The translations under genes and the position numbers were made by a program. 55,959 bases of DNA from positions 1-55,959 of the IMG/VR virus record IMGVR_UViG_3300036791_000391, one strand, 5' to 3'. This document shows positions 8,091 through 17,649 of this stretch, in pieces; within the stretch, counting starts at the first letter, position 1; every line of letters begins with the position of its first letter. The DNA comes from a virus (Duplodnaviria; Caudoviricetes). The notes beneath the pieces were generated by a model, which ran no database searches, was not told where the DNA came from, and saw only the letters and a program-made list of their open reading frames with translations.

Positions 8091-9063
8091 GCAGCGCGCC
8101 GGGCTGCTCGTCGCCGTCGTCACCGGGATGCGGCCCAAGCTCGAGGAGCGCCCGACCGCCGGTTTCCTGGACGGCCTGGACGGCTTCGGGGTCCAGGACA
8201 TCGTGTGGGTGGTCTCCGAGCGGGACGCGCCCAACTACGAGCGCGACGGCCACCCGCTCTGCGTCTACCCGAAGGACTGGTCCTACGAGTACGCCAGGAG
8301 CCACTGGATGCTCGCCGCCGAGCCCAACCCGCAGTTCCTCGGCGCGTTCCCGGGCCGGGAGTGGGCCTGCCGGGAAGCGGAGCGGCGCGGCTGCTGGGGC
8401 GTGCTGCAGTGCGACGACAACTTCATCCGGATGGTGATGCCGCGCGACGGCTGGGCGGGCCGTGAGGTGGTCGCGCGCAACGGCGGGATGGCCCTGTTCG
8501 TGGACCTGCTGATCGCGGTCGCGCTGAGCACCAACGGGCGCATGGTCGGCGCGCAGCTCAGCTCGATCCCGTACGTCAAGTTGCAGCTGGCCCGGTCCGG
8601 GTTCCCCTACTCGTTCTTCATCGAGAAGGTCGGGCCGGGGCGCGAGGACTGGTACGGGCCCTACGAGGACGACATCACGCACGCGTTCCAGTACGGGTGC
8701 CGGGCCGACGCGGGCAGCTCGACCGCCGTGGTCGTGCCGACGCTCCGGTACAAGAAGGAGCCCGGCTCCAAGTCCGCGATGCGCTCGTACTACGACCACA
8801 CCCGGGCGGTCAGCCTGCAGCGGATCTTCCCCGAGGCCGCGAACATCACCATCAAGAGCAGGCGCAGCAACGGGATGGGCACCCCGCGCGTCTACCACCA
8901 GATGAGCCCCGGCGCGATCCGCAACAAGATGGTCGTCAAGGACCGTGAGCTGTTCCTGCAGGTCAAGGCCCGGATCGAGGAGCTGCTGCCGGAGTGGCGC
9001 GCCCTGAACGACGCCCGGGTGCGTGAGAAGGTCGCCCGCCGGGCCGCCCTGGCGCACGGCTAG
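8071..9063 (+). CDS. GREB1/TET-associated-like glycosyltransferase (GT-A fold)
   Basis: IVWVVSERD, GREWACREA, VLQCDDN (DxD-like), YEDD; follows ParB gene. Confidence 0.55.
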   Translation: MFVTKPEQRAGLLVAVVTGMRPKLEERPTAGFLDGLDGFGVQDIVWVVSERDAPNYERDGHPLCVYPKDWSYEYARSHWMLAAEPNPQFLGAFPGREWACREAERRGCWGVLQCDDNFIRMVMPRDGWAGREVVARNGGMALFVDLLIAVALSTNGRMVGAQLSSIPYVKLQLARSGFPYSFFIEKVGPGREDWYGPYEDDITHAFQYGCRADAGSSTAVVVPTLRYKKEPGSKSAMRSYYDHTRAVSLQRIFPEAANITIKSRRSNGMGTPRVYHQMSPGAIRNKMVVKDRELFLQVKARIEELLPEWRALNDARVREKVARRAALAHG

Positions 9064-9194
9064 TAGTACACCAGCCCGCCCTGCACCACGGCGAACAGCA
9101 CCCCGATCAGCACCAGGATCAACCCGACCGGCCACAGGATGTGCCGAGCGGCGAAGATGCCGACGATCAGCAGGATGATGCCGAGCAGGATCAG
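9060..9194 (-). CDS. small two-TM membrane protein (DUF6131-like), apparent CTG start
   Basis: (L/M)ILLGIILLIVGIFAARHILWPVGLILVLIGVLFAVVQGGLVYY*; CTGA overlap with protease stop. Confidence 0.55.
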   Translation of the reverse strand: MILLGIILLIVGIFAARHILWPVGLILVLIGVLFAVVQGGLVYY

Positions 9195-10957
9195 GCGCGG
9201 AGCCCTTCCTCGAAATACTTCGACGCCAGCTGGCGCTGGTCGGCGTGGCGCAGGTAAGCCAGGCCGTCGCTCACGTTCTTGATGTCGGGGATGCCGGTCA
9301 TGTTGCGGAACGTGTGCAGCGCCCGGCTGACGTTGATCGGCCCGCCGCTGTTCAGCTCGATCAGGTCGTCGTCGATCTCGGAGTCGGGCACACCGTCCTC
9401 GTGCTCGTCCTCGTCGGAGTCCTCCTGGGCGGCGATGGCGCCCTCGACATCCTCGCCCTCGTAGTCGCCCAGCTCGTCGTCGGCGTCGGGGAACTGTCGT
9501 TTGGTCTCGTCGTCGTCCTCGTCCTCGTCGCCCTGGCCGCCGCCCTTCTTGAACGGTGGCGCCTTCTTGCCGCCGAAGTCGCGGAACCCGGACCCGGCGT
9601 CGGCGCTGGGCTGCGGGGCCGTGACCTCGTTCTCGTGGGCGTCGTCGTCGGCGTCCCCGGAATACACCTCGTCGTAGCCCGCGTCATGCGGATCCTGGGT
9701 GGTTCCCCGCCCGAACGGATCCCACACGTACGGGGCCAGCCCACCCAACCGGGCGTCCCCGGGCGCGGGCCGGGAACCCTGCTGCAGGGTGCTCGCCGGG
9801 CTGGATGGGAGCGGCGTGCGGCTGCCGTCGTACATCACGGCCCACAGCGTCGTCCCGCCATCCGCGTTGCGCACCATATCGACGTGGCTCACCCCGGCCA
9901 TCATCCCGTGGGTGTAGCTCGCGCTCGCGGCCTGCTTTCCGCTGTCCTCGCTCACGTCGTGTCCAGCACTCTTCATCGCGGCCTTGATCTTGCTCTTGAC
10001 CGCCGCGAGTTGGGTTGGGGTGTAACCTTTTTGGTTCTTCGGCATGTTGATGTAGCTCCACGCCGCCTGCACGTGCTTGGCGTCGATGGGGTAGCGCTTC
10101 ACCCCGTTGCCGCCCTTGGCCTGGTTCCCGCTGGCGTCCAGGTAGCCGGGGTCGGCGAAGTTGCCCACGTTCGCGTACGCCTTGGGCGTCTTAGCGCGCT
10201 GGTTCTCGCACGTCGCGCAGCGGCCGTCGGTCAGGTCGTGGTCGTCGTCGGAGCGCCACGCGCGCTTCGTCTTGGGCATTAGCCTGCCCACCGTGTCGGG
10301 CAGGCTGGCCAGCGCCACGGTGGCCCGGTGCACCAGGTCGGGGTCCAGCCTGCGCAGCTCGACCAGCTCCTTGTGGGAGAGCGAACTCAACGCCTCGACG
10401 CCCTGCTGCAGGATCGCCCTGGTGCCCGGGTTCATGCCGAAATTCACCACCGACACGTCGCCCTTGTGCAGGCTCACCTCGGTGATGGTCCGGTTGGTGT
10501 AGTTGTCGTCCCATACCTGGTCCTTGACCCGGAACGCGAACGACATCTCGTCCATGTTCGACCGGCCGTTGGCCTGCGGCTTCAGCTTCGGGGCCAGCGC
10601 CTGCACGTCGGGGTCGGAGCGGTCCAGGGTCGCCCGGATGCGCAGCCCGTGGCTGTCCCGGCTCAGGGCCAGCGTCCCGCTCTTGGTCCGGGCCAGGGGC
10701 AGGCCCTCGTGGTTGATCAGCAGCATCACGTCCGGGCTCTCGCCCAGTGTCCGGTCGAACGCGGTCGGGGTCAGGGTCTCCACCCAGCCGCCACGCTCCG
10801 GTCCCCCGTACACGTCGTACGGGGTGAACGTCGCCGCGTAGCCTTCCAGCACGTAGTTGCCCTCCGAGTCCTCGCGGAACTCGAAATGGGTGCCCTTGCG
10901 CTCCTCGCGAACATCGAGAATCCGGGCACGATTGCTGTGACACTCTTGGGTGGCCAT
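9191..10957 (-). CDS. HK97-type prohead protease fused to a DUF6582-like domain and acidic tail
   Basis: LEGYAATF, LLINH, SRDSHGL, MSFAFRV, DVSVVNF (S78 protease); FADPGY..KRYPID..HVQAAWSYIN. Confidence 0.85.
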   Translation of the reverse strand: MATQECHSNRARILDVREERKGTHFEFREDSEGNYVLEGYAATFTPYDVYGGPERGGWVETLTPTAFDRTLGESPDVMLLINHEGLPLARTKSGTLALSRDSHGLRIRATLDRSDPDVQALAPKLKPQANGRSNMDEMSFAFRVKDQVWDDNYTNRTITEVSLHKGDVSVVNFGMNPGTRAILQQGVEALSSLSHKELVELRRLDPDLVHRATVALASLPDTVGRLMPKTKRAWRSDDDHDLTDGRCATCENQRAKTPKAYANVGNFADPGYLDASGNQAKGGNGVKRYPIDAKHVQAAWSYINMPKNQKGYTPTQLAAVKSKIKAAMKSAGHDVSEDSGKQAASASYTHGMMAGVSHVDMVRNADGGTTLWAVMYDGSRTPLPSSPASTLQQGSRPAPGDARLGGLAPYVWDPFGRGTTQDPHDAGYDEVYSGDADDDAHENEVTAPQPSADAGSGFRDFGGKKAPPFKKGGGQGDEDEDDDETKRQFPDADDELGDYEGEDVEGAIAAQEDSDEDEHEDGVPDSEIDDDLIELNSGGPINVSRALHTFRNMTGIPDIKNVSDGLAYLRHADQRQLASKYFEEGLRA

Positions 10958-11039
10958 CTAGCTCTCCATCCGGGTATTAAAATTGCCAGGCTTGGCAAAA
11001 CTTGGCGTCATATCGACTGAGCTACCTCCTGCGCCGGGA

Positions 11040-12398
11040 TTATCCTCGCGCGTTGCCGTTTCGGGGAGCAGGCGCGCCAACGGGGGTGACCGGCTGGTTG
11101 TTGCCGGGTCCGAACTCCCCGCCGGTGATCGGCTTGCCTGGCAACGGCTGCGGGGGCGTGGTGCCCGGCCTACCGACCGGCGTCGAGACCGTGAGCGGCT
11201 TGGAAATGACGCCGCCCGCCATCGGCTCGAAGCCCAGCGGCACGTAGTTGACGGGCTGCAGCGGCTCGTCGCCACCCTCCTTCAACGGCTCCATCTCCTC
11301 CTGGGCGCGGACCTCGTTCGGGGTGATCCAGAAGCTCATCAGCGCGGTCTTGTAGGCGTCGAACCGGGCCTTGATGTCGCCGCGCAGCAGGGCGCTGAAG
11401 TCGAACTTGACGAACTGGCCACCCGGCAGCATGTTGCTGAACACGCTCTCGATGCAGGTCGTCCACGCCCGGAACGTGTACGCCACCGCCGCCAGGTTGA
11501 TTTGTTCGACACCGGTTCCCCAGGCGGTCGTCTCCTTGGTGTCCCCGATCAGGATCGGCGGCACCCCGTACATGATGCAAATCTCGGACCGCTGGAACTG
11601 CCGGGTGGCGAGGAACTGGGACTCCTCCGGCTTGATCGACAGCGGCGCGAACTTGAAGCCGTTCGCCAGCACGGCGGGCAGCTTCCGGCCCTGGTGGCTT
11701 TTGATCCACTGCTGCTGAGCCTGCAGCACGGCGCCGTCGTCCAGATCCTGGTCGGTGCACAGCATCCCGCTTGGATTCGCGGACTCCTTGAACCAGCGAT
11801 ACCCGTACTCCTCAGCGGCCAGGTTCATCCCGATCGCGACCGCAGCCTGGCGCACGGGGCTCAGGCCCCACGGCTCGCCGGGCATCGTGAAGCGGCGGAC
11901 GTGCAGCATGTCGTTGGTCGGGATGGCTTCGCCCATCACCCGGTACACCGGGTCGAACCAGCGCAGGATATCGGGCCGTCGTTCCAGGAACACCACGTCG
12001 GGATGCAGCGGCATCACGGCGGTCGGGTAGTCATTCGGGCCGCGCGACGTGATCAGACCGTAGAAGTTGCCGCGCAGTGCCAGGCTGGTGACCATCTGCC
12101 ACTTGTACTGAAACAGGTCGAACCCGGGCCACGGCTGGCGGATAATGGCGGGCTGCGGTCGGACCTCGACCGGAATCCCTTTAGCGTCTCTCCGGTAGAC
12201 CTTCCACGGCAGCGAGGCGATGGTGTCGGCGAGGAGCCGCACGCAGGCCATGACTGTCATCACAGACATTGCCCTATGCACACCGACGTAGTCGTCCAGC
12301 ACACCGACAGCCGGAGGCGGCACGAACGCGCTTTCGGTCAGGGTGCGCTTCTCGGGCTCCCCGGCACGAAGCGACCCAAGCCGGGCCAGGACACTCAT
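11040..12398 (-). CDS. portal protein (HK97 family)
   Basis: VMACVRLLADTIASLP, LALRGNFY, GLSPV, QFLATRQF..EIC..YGVPP, TPNEVRAQE; start MSVLARL. Confidence 0.93.
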   Translation of the reverse strand: MSVLARLGSLRAGEPEKRTLTESAFVPPPAVGVLDDYVGVHRAMSVMTVMACVRLLADTIASLPWKVYRRDAKGIPVEVRPQPAIIRQPWPGFDLFQYKWQMVTSLALRGNFYGLITSRGPNDYPTAVMPLHPDVVFLERRPDILRWFDPVYRVMGEAIPTNDMLHVRRFTMPGEPWGLSPVRQAAVAIGMNLAAEEYGYRWFKESANPSGMLCTDQDLDDGAVLQAQQQWIKSHQGRKLPAVLANGFKFAPLSIKPEESQFLATRQFQRSEICIMYGVPPILIGDTKETTAWGTGVEQINLAAVAYTFRAWTTCIESVFSNMLPGGQFVKFDFSALLRGDIKARFDAYKTALMSFWITPNEVRAQEEMEPLKEGGDEPLQPVNYVPLGFEPMAGGVISKPLTVSTPVGRPGTTPPQPLPGKPITGGEFGPGNNQPVTPVGAPAPRNGNARG

Positions 12399-12445
12399 CG
12401 CTAACAGCCCTCCCACAAACGCACGCCGTGACGGATCACTCACGG

Positions 12446-12838
12446 TTAGTCTCGCGGGCCACCGAGCTGATTCGAGGTCGCCACGCCGAGCAGGATCAGG
12501 CACAACCCGGCGACGATGAGACCCAGCCAGACGTGGATCAGCCAGAATCCCGCCGAGAATAACGTCAGACCGATGACTTCCAGGCCGGTGGACGACAGTT
12601 CCCGACGATTCGCCCGAGGTTTGCTGGGCGGCTTAGGTGCTGTTTGCTGTGGGGGCTGTAACGGCTGCTTCAGCGCGTTTGCCCGCTTCCGGCGACGGAG
12701 TTTGCCGATGTTCACCACCGGGCTCGGCTCCTCGGCCTCGATATTCCTTGGCTCGGGCTCATCGTAGAGCCGCTGCATGCCCAGCCGCTCACTCACCGGG
12801 ATGGTGTCGTCGTACGGGTCGAACGGTTCACCAGTCAT
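12446..12838 (-). CDS. small membrane protein between TerL and portal
   Basis: Two C-terminal TM helices; typical position. Confidence 0.75.
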   Translation of the reverse strand: MTGEPFDPYDDTIPVSERLGMQRLYDEPEPRNIEAEEPSPVVNIGKLRRRKRANALKQPLQPPQQTAPKPPSKPRANRRELSSTGLEVIGLTLFSAGFWLIHVWLGLIVAGLCLILLGVATSNQLGGPRD

Positions 12839-14525
12839 AGCGGTGTCGCTCCTCCATGATGCTGTCGATCATGATGACTTTCTGCTCGCTCCCGGTCCCC
12901 TGCTTCTGCTCCGCCTCCGCCTGCTCCGCCTCCGCCTGGGCTTCCTTCTCCCAGCGGGCGATCTCGTCGTCGTCGGGCCAGTCGTAGACCTTCGACTTGC
13001 TCGGCGGCGGTCGGCCTTCCAGCCACACGGCGGCGGCGCAGGCGACGATGGGTGACACGTCCACGGGCGAGTTGCGCCGGTCGAAGATCCAGGCGTCACC
13101 GGTGCGGCGCGACACCCCGCTGGCGGCGGCGCGGTCCATCACCCCGGAGGGCCGGTGGAAGATCGTGTGGTCGCAGATGCCGTCGAAGAACAGCGCGCAC
13201 CCGGTCTGAAGTTCCAGTCCCGGACCCCACTCCACGACCTTCACCCCGGCCCGTTTCAGCTCAGGGATCAGGCCGCTCGCCGGGGCTCCGGTCTTCTGCA
13301 CCGCCACCCCGACGTAGTTCTCTTTGCGCTCGGCCAGCCAGTCGACCACCCAGTCCGTCCCCCGCGCCGCCTGGATGATCTCGATGTGCAGATTCCCGTC
13401 TTCGCGTCGGGCCGCGATGGCGACGTAGCTGGTGGTGCGCTGGTAGTTCACGTCGAGAGCCGCGTACACAGGCGATGTTTCCGCCCTCCTGCTTGTTCCG
13501 TCCATGCCGTCCTGCCAGTACTCGGCGGGGATCACACCCGGGTCCAGCGCGTCCACCGTCTGGCACAGGTACTCGGTCTGCCAGCCCGGCATGTTCTTGT
13601 ACTGCATGGTCTCGAACCGGCCCTGCAGGTCCTCGATGGTGAACTCGTTCAGCAGCCCGACGGCGGGGTTGGCCTGCGGCCAGTACTTCGGGTTGCGCGG
13701 GTCGGCCTCCGGCGGTGCGCTCCACTCGAAGTACCCGGTCTTGGTGGTCCGGGTGTCCCCCGTGGTGATCCGCCGCTTCGCCGCCTGCTGCTGGGAGAGC
13801 AGCACGATGGAGCGGGCGTCCCCGGCGTTGCTCGTGCAGAGCACCTGGGAGCAGGGGCGGACGGTGCCGGTCGGGGTGATGGCGTCCCAGGCGTCCCAGG
13901 TGTGATGGGTGCGCAGCTCGTCCAGCCACACCAGGTCCACGGAGAGCGACCGGGCTCCCTTGGTGTTCGCCGTGCAGGCCCGCCAGTACCGGCGGTTGGT
14001 CAGGATGGCCCGGTGCTTGCCGTTGGTCTCCTTGTGGTTGACCAGCTCCGGGGCCAGCGCTCTCGTGTCGCGGATCTCGTCCACGACCTCCTTCAGCGTG
14101 GTCTCCGCGTAGTCGAGGGTCTGCGCCGCGACCACCGCCAGCTTCGCGCCCGGCATCTTCCCGTTGACCCGGCCGACCTTGCTGTAGAACAGCCGCCACA
14201 TGCCCAGGCCCCGGCCCCATTTCGTCTTCCCGTTCTGGCGCGCGACTAGGACGACCAGGAACTGGAACCGGAACCCCGTGTGGTCGGGTTTCTTCTCCAA
14301 CGCGTGCCAGTACAACCAAATCTGCCACGGCAGCAGCAGCCAGCGGCAGACCACGGTCAGGAACAAGATGCACTCGCCGCCCCAGGACGTGCGGTCGTTC
14401 AGGCCGCAGCCGCACGGGCAGGCCAGCTCGCCGGGCCGGGCATCGCAGTTCTCCGGCAGCGGAGGGGTGAACAGCCGGGGTTTCGTGCAGCCGGTGACCG
14501 GGACCGGTTCGGTGGCGGTCGTCAC
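12828..14525 (-). CDS. terL: terminase large subunit
   Basis: Walker A VARQNGKT, Walker B LVWLDELR, TSNAG, QANP, nuclease ALDV..VDVSP; GTG start overlapping upstream stop. Confidence 0.93.
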   Translation of the reverse strand: MTTATEPVPVTGCTKPRLFTPPLPENCDARPGELACPCGCGLNDRTSWGGECILFLTVVCRWLLLPWQIWLYWHALEKKPDHTGFRFQFLVVLVARQNGKTKWGRGLGMWRLFYSKVGRVNGKMPGAKLAVVAAQTLDYAETTLKEVVDEIRDTRALAPELVNHKETNGKHRAILTNRRYWRACTANTKGARSLSVDLVWLDELRTHHTWDAWDAITPTGTVRPCSQVLCTSNAGDARSIVLLSQQQAAKRRITTGDTRTTKTGYFEWSAPPEADPRNPKYWPQANPAVGLLNEFTIEDLQGRFETMQYKNMPGWQTEYLCQTVDALDPGVIPAEYWQDGMDGTSRRAETSPVYAALDVNYQRTTSYVAIAARREDGNLHIEIIQAARGTDWVVDWLAERKENYVGVAVQKTGAPASGLIPELKRAGVKVVEWGPGLELQTGCALFFDGICDHTIFHRPSGVMDRAAASGVSRRTGDAWIFDRRNSPVDVSPIVACAAAVWLEGRPPPSKSKVYDWPDDDEIARWEKEAQAEAEQAEAEQKQGTGSEQKVIMIDSIMEERHRYDW

Positions 14526-14764
14526 GGACGGAGCATGTCCCACCGGGCCCGCCATTCGTGCTCGGGCTCCCACACCTCGAACTGCTCCTCCATCGCCGCC
14601 AGGGTCGGTTCCAGGACGTGCACCGGCATCTCGACCTCGCGGGCGTCGACCACCAGCTCCCCGGCGGATAGCTCCTCTCTCAGCGCCTCACGCATGGCCT
14701 TGATGATCGGGGCCAGCGCCAGCCACAGCAAGGCGTCCAGCGCGTCGGCCACCAGCCGCTTCAT
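14522..14764 (-). CDS. hypothetical protein
   Basis: ORF coupled to terL. Confidence 0.6.
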   Translation of the reverse strand: MKRLVADALDALLWLALAPIIKAMREALREELSAGELVVDAREVEMPVHVLEPTLAAMEEQFEVWEPEHEWRARWDMLRP

Positions 14765-14831
14765 CGCTCAAGCCTCAAAAGTATTGCGCCCCAACAGAAT
14801 AGGGCGACTGCGAACCCGTCGACCAGGTAGT

Positions 14832-15365
14832 TCATCGGCTGGCCTCCTTCCGGTGTGCCCGGAGCCGGTACTTGGTGAGGTCGTCCAGCGACTGGTAGGA
14901 GGGGCTGTCCTCGTCCAGCATGTCCAGCTCGTCGTCGGACATCGGCGGCATCAGCGCCGGGGTACGCTCCTCGTTCAGGTCGTAGAGACGCGCGAACTGC
15001 TCTAGTAGCCGACGGCCGATCTCGATGGCCTTCAGGTCGCCCTCCGCAGCCTTCGGCGCCGCCCGCCCGTACAGGAACTCCAGCCGCTCGACGTAGACCG
15101 TCATCGCGTGCTCGGAGAGCAGGCCCTGTCGGGATGCCGCCGACTTCAGCTGCTCCGCGATGATCTGGTGCACCCGCTGCTGGCTCAGCTGCACTCTCGG
15201 GTGCTTCGCGATCCAGTTCTCCGGCCTGGCCGCCAGGTAGTACTGCATGATCAGCGCGTTACGCTCCGCGCGCTGCTCCTGGGTCAGCCGGATCTTGCGC
15301 CGGTCCAGGCCACCGTCGGTCGTCCGGGCTTCGGCCCTGGTTCGGGGTACCGTCCTGCGGGGCAC
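14832..15365 (-). CDS. probable terminase small subunit (HTH)
   Basis: HTH-like N-terminal half, GDLKAIE..RLLEQFARLYDL; upstream of terL; CATACT-6nt-GTG. Confidence 0.65.
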   Translation of the reverse strand: MPRRTVPRTRAEARTTDGGLDRRKIRLTQEQRAERNALIMQYYLAARPENWIAKHPRVQLSQQRVHQIIAEQLKSAASRQGLLSEHAMTVYVERLEFLYGRAAPKAAEGDLKAIEIGRRLLEQFARLYDLNEERTPALMPPMSDDELDMLDEDSPSYQSLDDLTKYRLRAHRKEASR

Positions 15366-15402
15366 CGACTGAGTATGGCGCCCCTACCGGCCCGGATCGG
15401 GG

Positions 15403-16500
15403 CTAGCTCTGCGGCGTGTCCCGCTGCCGGATGATCTCGCGCATCAGCCAGGGTCGGCCCTGGGCGACGCGGTAGATGTCGATGAGCCCCGCGTTCCGGC
15501 TCCGGTCCCGGGACCAGCCCTCGGAGTCCGCGATGGCTCCGTGATAGACCTGAGCGTTCTGGTTGTGCTCGAAGGCGTACGCGTGTCCCGTGAGCCGACG
15601 AGCCCGGGACAGTGTGGAGACGATCATGGTGAACGCGGTGTCCTCCCAGCCCCACCCGATGAACTCCGGCGGCTGGCCCCCGAGCCGCCAGTACTCCTCC
15701 TGGGTGGTGATCAGGCAACCACCGACCCCGAGCACGCCCGCCCCGTCCCAGGCGGTCATGTACGGGGCGTTCACCAGCGCGGCCATCGGAGTGTTCAGGT
15801 AGTCCGTGCTCAGGATGCGGTACTGGTTGAACGGCCACCAGACACCCCCGGGATCGGCCACCGACCGGAGCACGTTCAGCGGGTCGATCAGGGTGTCCGC
15901 GTCGGCGATGATGACAACGCTGGTTGTCGCTTTTCGGACGGCGTTGTTCCGGGCCTGGCTGAGCGAGAAGATCGGGGTTTCGGAGTCGGCGGTGACCATC
16001 GGCCAGCCGAACATGGCCCAGAACCGCTGCACCCGATCGAACGCGGCCTGTCTCGACGGCGTGGGCCGCCACGGAATGCACACCGTGGCGGCCAGGCGAG
16101 GTCTCAGCTCCGGCATCAGCAGCGCGGGCTGGGCCAGGTTCAGGGACCGCTTCGGGGTGGACCAGCCGCGCTTGCGCGCCTCCTCGTCGGTGGCGAACAG
16201 GATGAGGTTCTGCCGGATGGGCCAGTCGATGCGCTGGTCCCACCAGATCCGGTCCCGGATCAGGTCGTACGGCTGGTACCCGAAGGTGGCGAAGATGCGT
16301 GCCCACCAGCTCGGCCGGTGATCGCCCACCGTCGCGAACGCGACGACACCCCCGGGTCGGCATAGCGTCTCCACCCGAGCGCGCGCGGTCCGCCCGGTGA
16401 AGCGTTCCCCAGGTTTCAGGCAGTCGAGCGTGAACACCGGGCCGACCAGCTCATCCAGGATCGGCACCACGGCAGCCACCGAGCCCTCAGAGACCGACAC
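15403..16500 (-). CDS. glycosyltransferase (GT2/GT7-like) with degenerate methyltransferase-like N-terminus
   Basis: VCIPWR, FSLSQARNNAV, IIADADT, LGGQPPEFIGWGWEDTAF; start uncertain. Confidence 0.8.
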   Translation of the reverse strand: MSVSEGSVAAVVPILDELVGPVFTLDCLKPGERFTGRTARARVETLCRPGGVVAFATVGDHRPSWWARIFATFGYQPYDLIRDRIWWDQRIDWPIRQNLILFATDEEARKRGWSTPKRSLNLAQPALLMPELRPRLAATVCIPWRPTPSRQAAFDRVQRFWAMFGWPMVTADSETPIFSLSQARNNAVRKATTSVVIIADADTLIDPLNVLRSVADPGGVWWPFNQYRILSTDYLNTPMAALVNAPYMTAWDGAGVLGVGGCLITTQEEYWRLGGQPPEFIGWGWEDTAFTMIVSTLSRARRLTGHAYAFEHNQNAQVYHGAIADSEGWSRDRSRNAGLIDIYRVAQGRPWLMREIIRQRDTPQS

Positions 16501-17122
16501 CACCACAGTGCAGATACTTCCAGGGCCCGGCTCCGGGCTCGGCCCGCCACACCGACCGGATCGTGGGCACATCCACTAGTCGCCATCCGGCCTCCACCAG
16601 CCGGAAGCACACATGCACATCCGCACCCCAGTGCTGGTAGTCGCCGTGGCTGTAGGGTCGGGTGGCGAGGGCGTCGGTCCGGGCCGCGAACACCCCGCCC
16701 TGAATATGACGGTTGAACAGGTCGGCGGGGAAGCCGTACGACTCCGGCGGGCCGCTGTCCTGCAGGCAGCCGGTCATCGCCACCTGATCGTCGGTGAACG
16801 GGGCCAGTAAGTCCCCGATCCAGGTCGGGTCGAATGCTTCCCCGTGGTTAGCGCACACGTACACCAGGTAGCGATGCCGGGCCAGGCTCACGGCGAAATT
16901 GATACCCGGCCCGTACATCAGGTTGCCCGGCGTCCACACGTACCGGTACGGCAGGCCGTTACCGGCGACTGCGGTGGCGAGCCGCTCCAGCCGGTCGGGG
17001 CTGTTGTCGATGACGATCAGTTCCGCGCCGTCGATCAGCCGAAGCGCGGGCATCAGGTCCCGGTGCAGCCGGGTCAGCGCGGCGTCCTCATTGCCGAAGG
17101 GCACCATCACGGCGGTCAGCAC
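16487..17122 (-). CDS. glycosyltransferase family 2
   Basis: ELIVIDNS, NLMYGPGINFAV, HWGADVHVCFRLVEAGW. Confidence 0.8.
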   Translation of the reverse strand: MLTAVMVPFGNEDAALTRLHRDLMPALRLIDGAELIVIDNSPDRLERLATAVAGNGLPYRYVWTPGNLMYGPGINFAVSLARHRYLVYVCANHGEAFDPTWIGDLLAPFTDDQVAMTGCLQDSGPPESYGFPADLFNRHIQGGVFAARTDALATRPYSHGDYQHWGADVHVCFRLVEAGWRLVDVPTIRSVWRAEPGAGPWKYLHCGGVGL

Positions 17123-17649
17123 TTGACCGCCAGCCCGTAAATGTCGCCCGGGGTGTCGGTGTCGATCAGCACCACCCCGAAGTCGCGCAGCCAGCGCCGC
17201 AGGTCGTCCCGGCTGACATTGCGGTAGAACTCCAGCATCCCGTCGCTGTCGACGGCGCGCAGCGGACCGCCGTCGACAGCGCTATGTGGCGCCCGGCCCT
17301 CCCCGGCGGCGGTCAGCAGGAACACCCCACCGACTTTCAGCAGCCGGTGCGCGTTGGCGCAGATCGCCTCGGCGACGGGGGTGTGCTCCAGGGTTTCGCA
17401 GCACACCACGGTATCGACGTCCGTGAAGACGTAGAACGGCCAAATGGCCGCGTCGGCGACGACATCGACGTTGGGACCGGGCGCGATGTCCACCCCGACA
17501 TAGCTATCCACGTCGCCGAACAGCGGGCGCACCGGACCGGAATACGGCCAGTCACCGGCCACGGTTCGGCTACCCAGCTCGATCACCGAGTGCCGTGGAT
17601 CGAGCTGGGCCACGGTGGATTCGATGAACTTGAACGCGCCCTCATGCAT
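17116..17649 (-). CDS. class I SAM-dependent methyltransferase
   Basis: VIELGS, YVGVDIAPGPNVDVVADA, VVCCETLEH, LLKVGG. Confidence 0.88.
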   Translation of the reverse strand: MHEGAFKFIESTVAQLDPRHSVIELGSRTVAGDWPYSGPVRPLFGDVDSYVGVDIAPGPNVDVVADAAIWPFYVFTDVDTVVCCETLEHTPVAEAICANAHRLLKVGGVFLLTAAGEGRAPHSAVDGGPLRAVDSDGMLEFYRNVSRDDLRRWLRDFGVVLIDTDTPGDIYGLAVKC

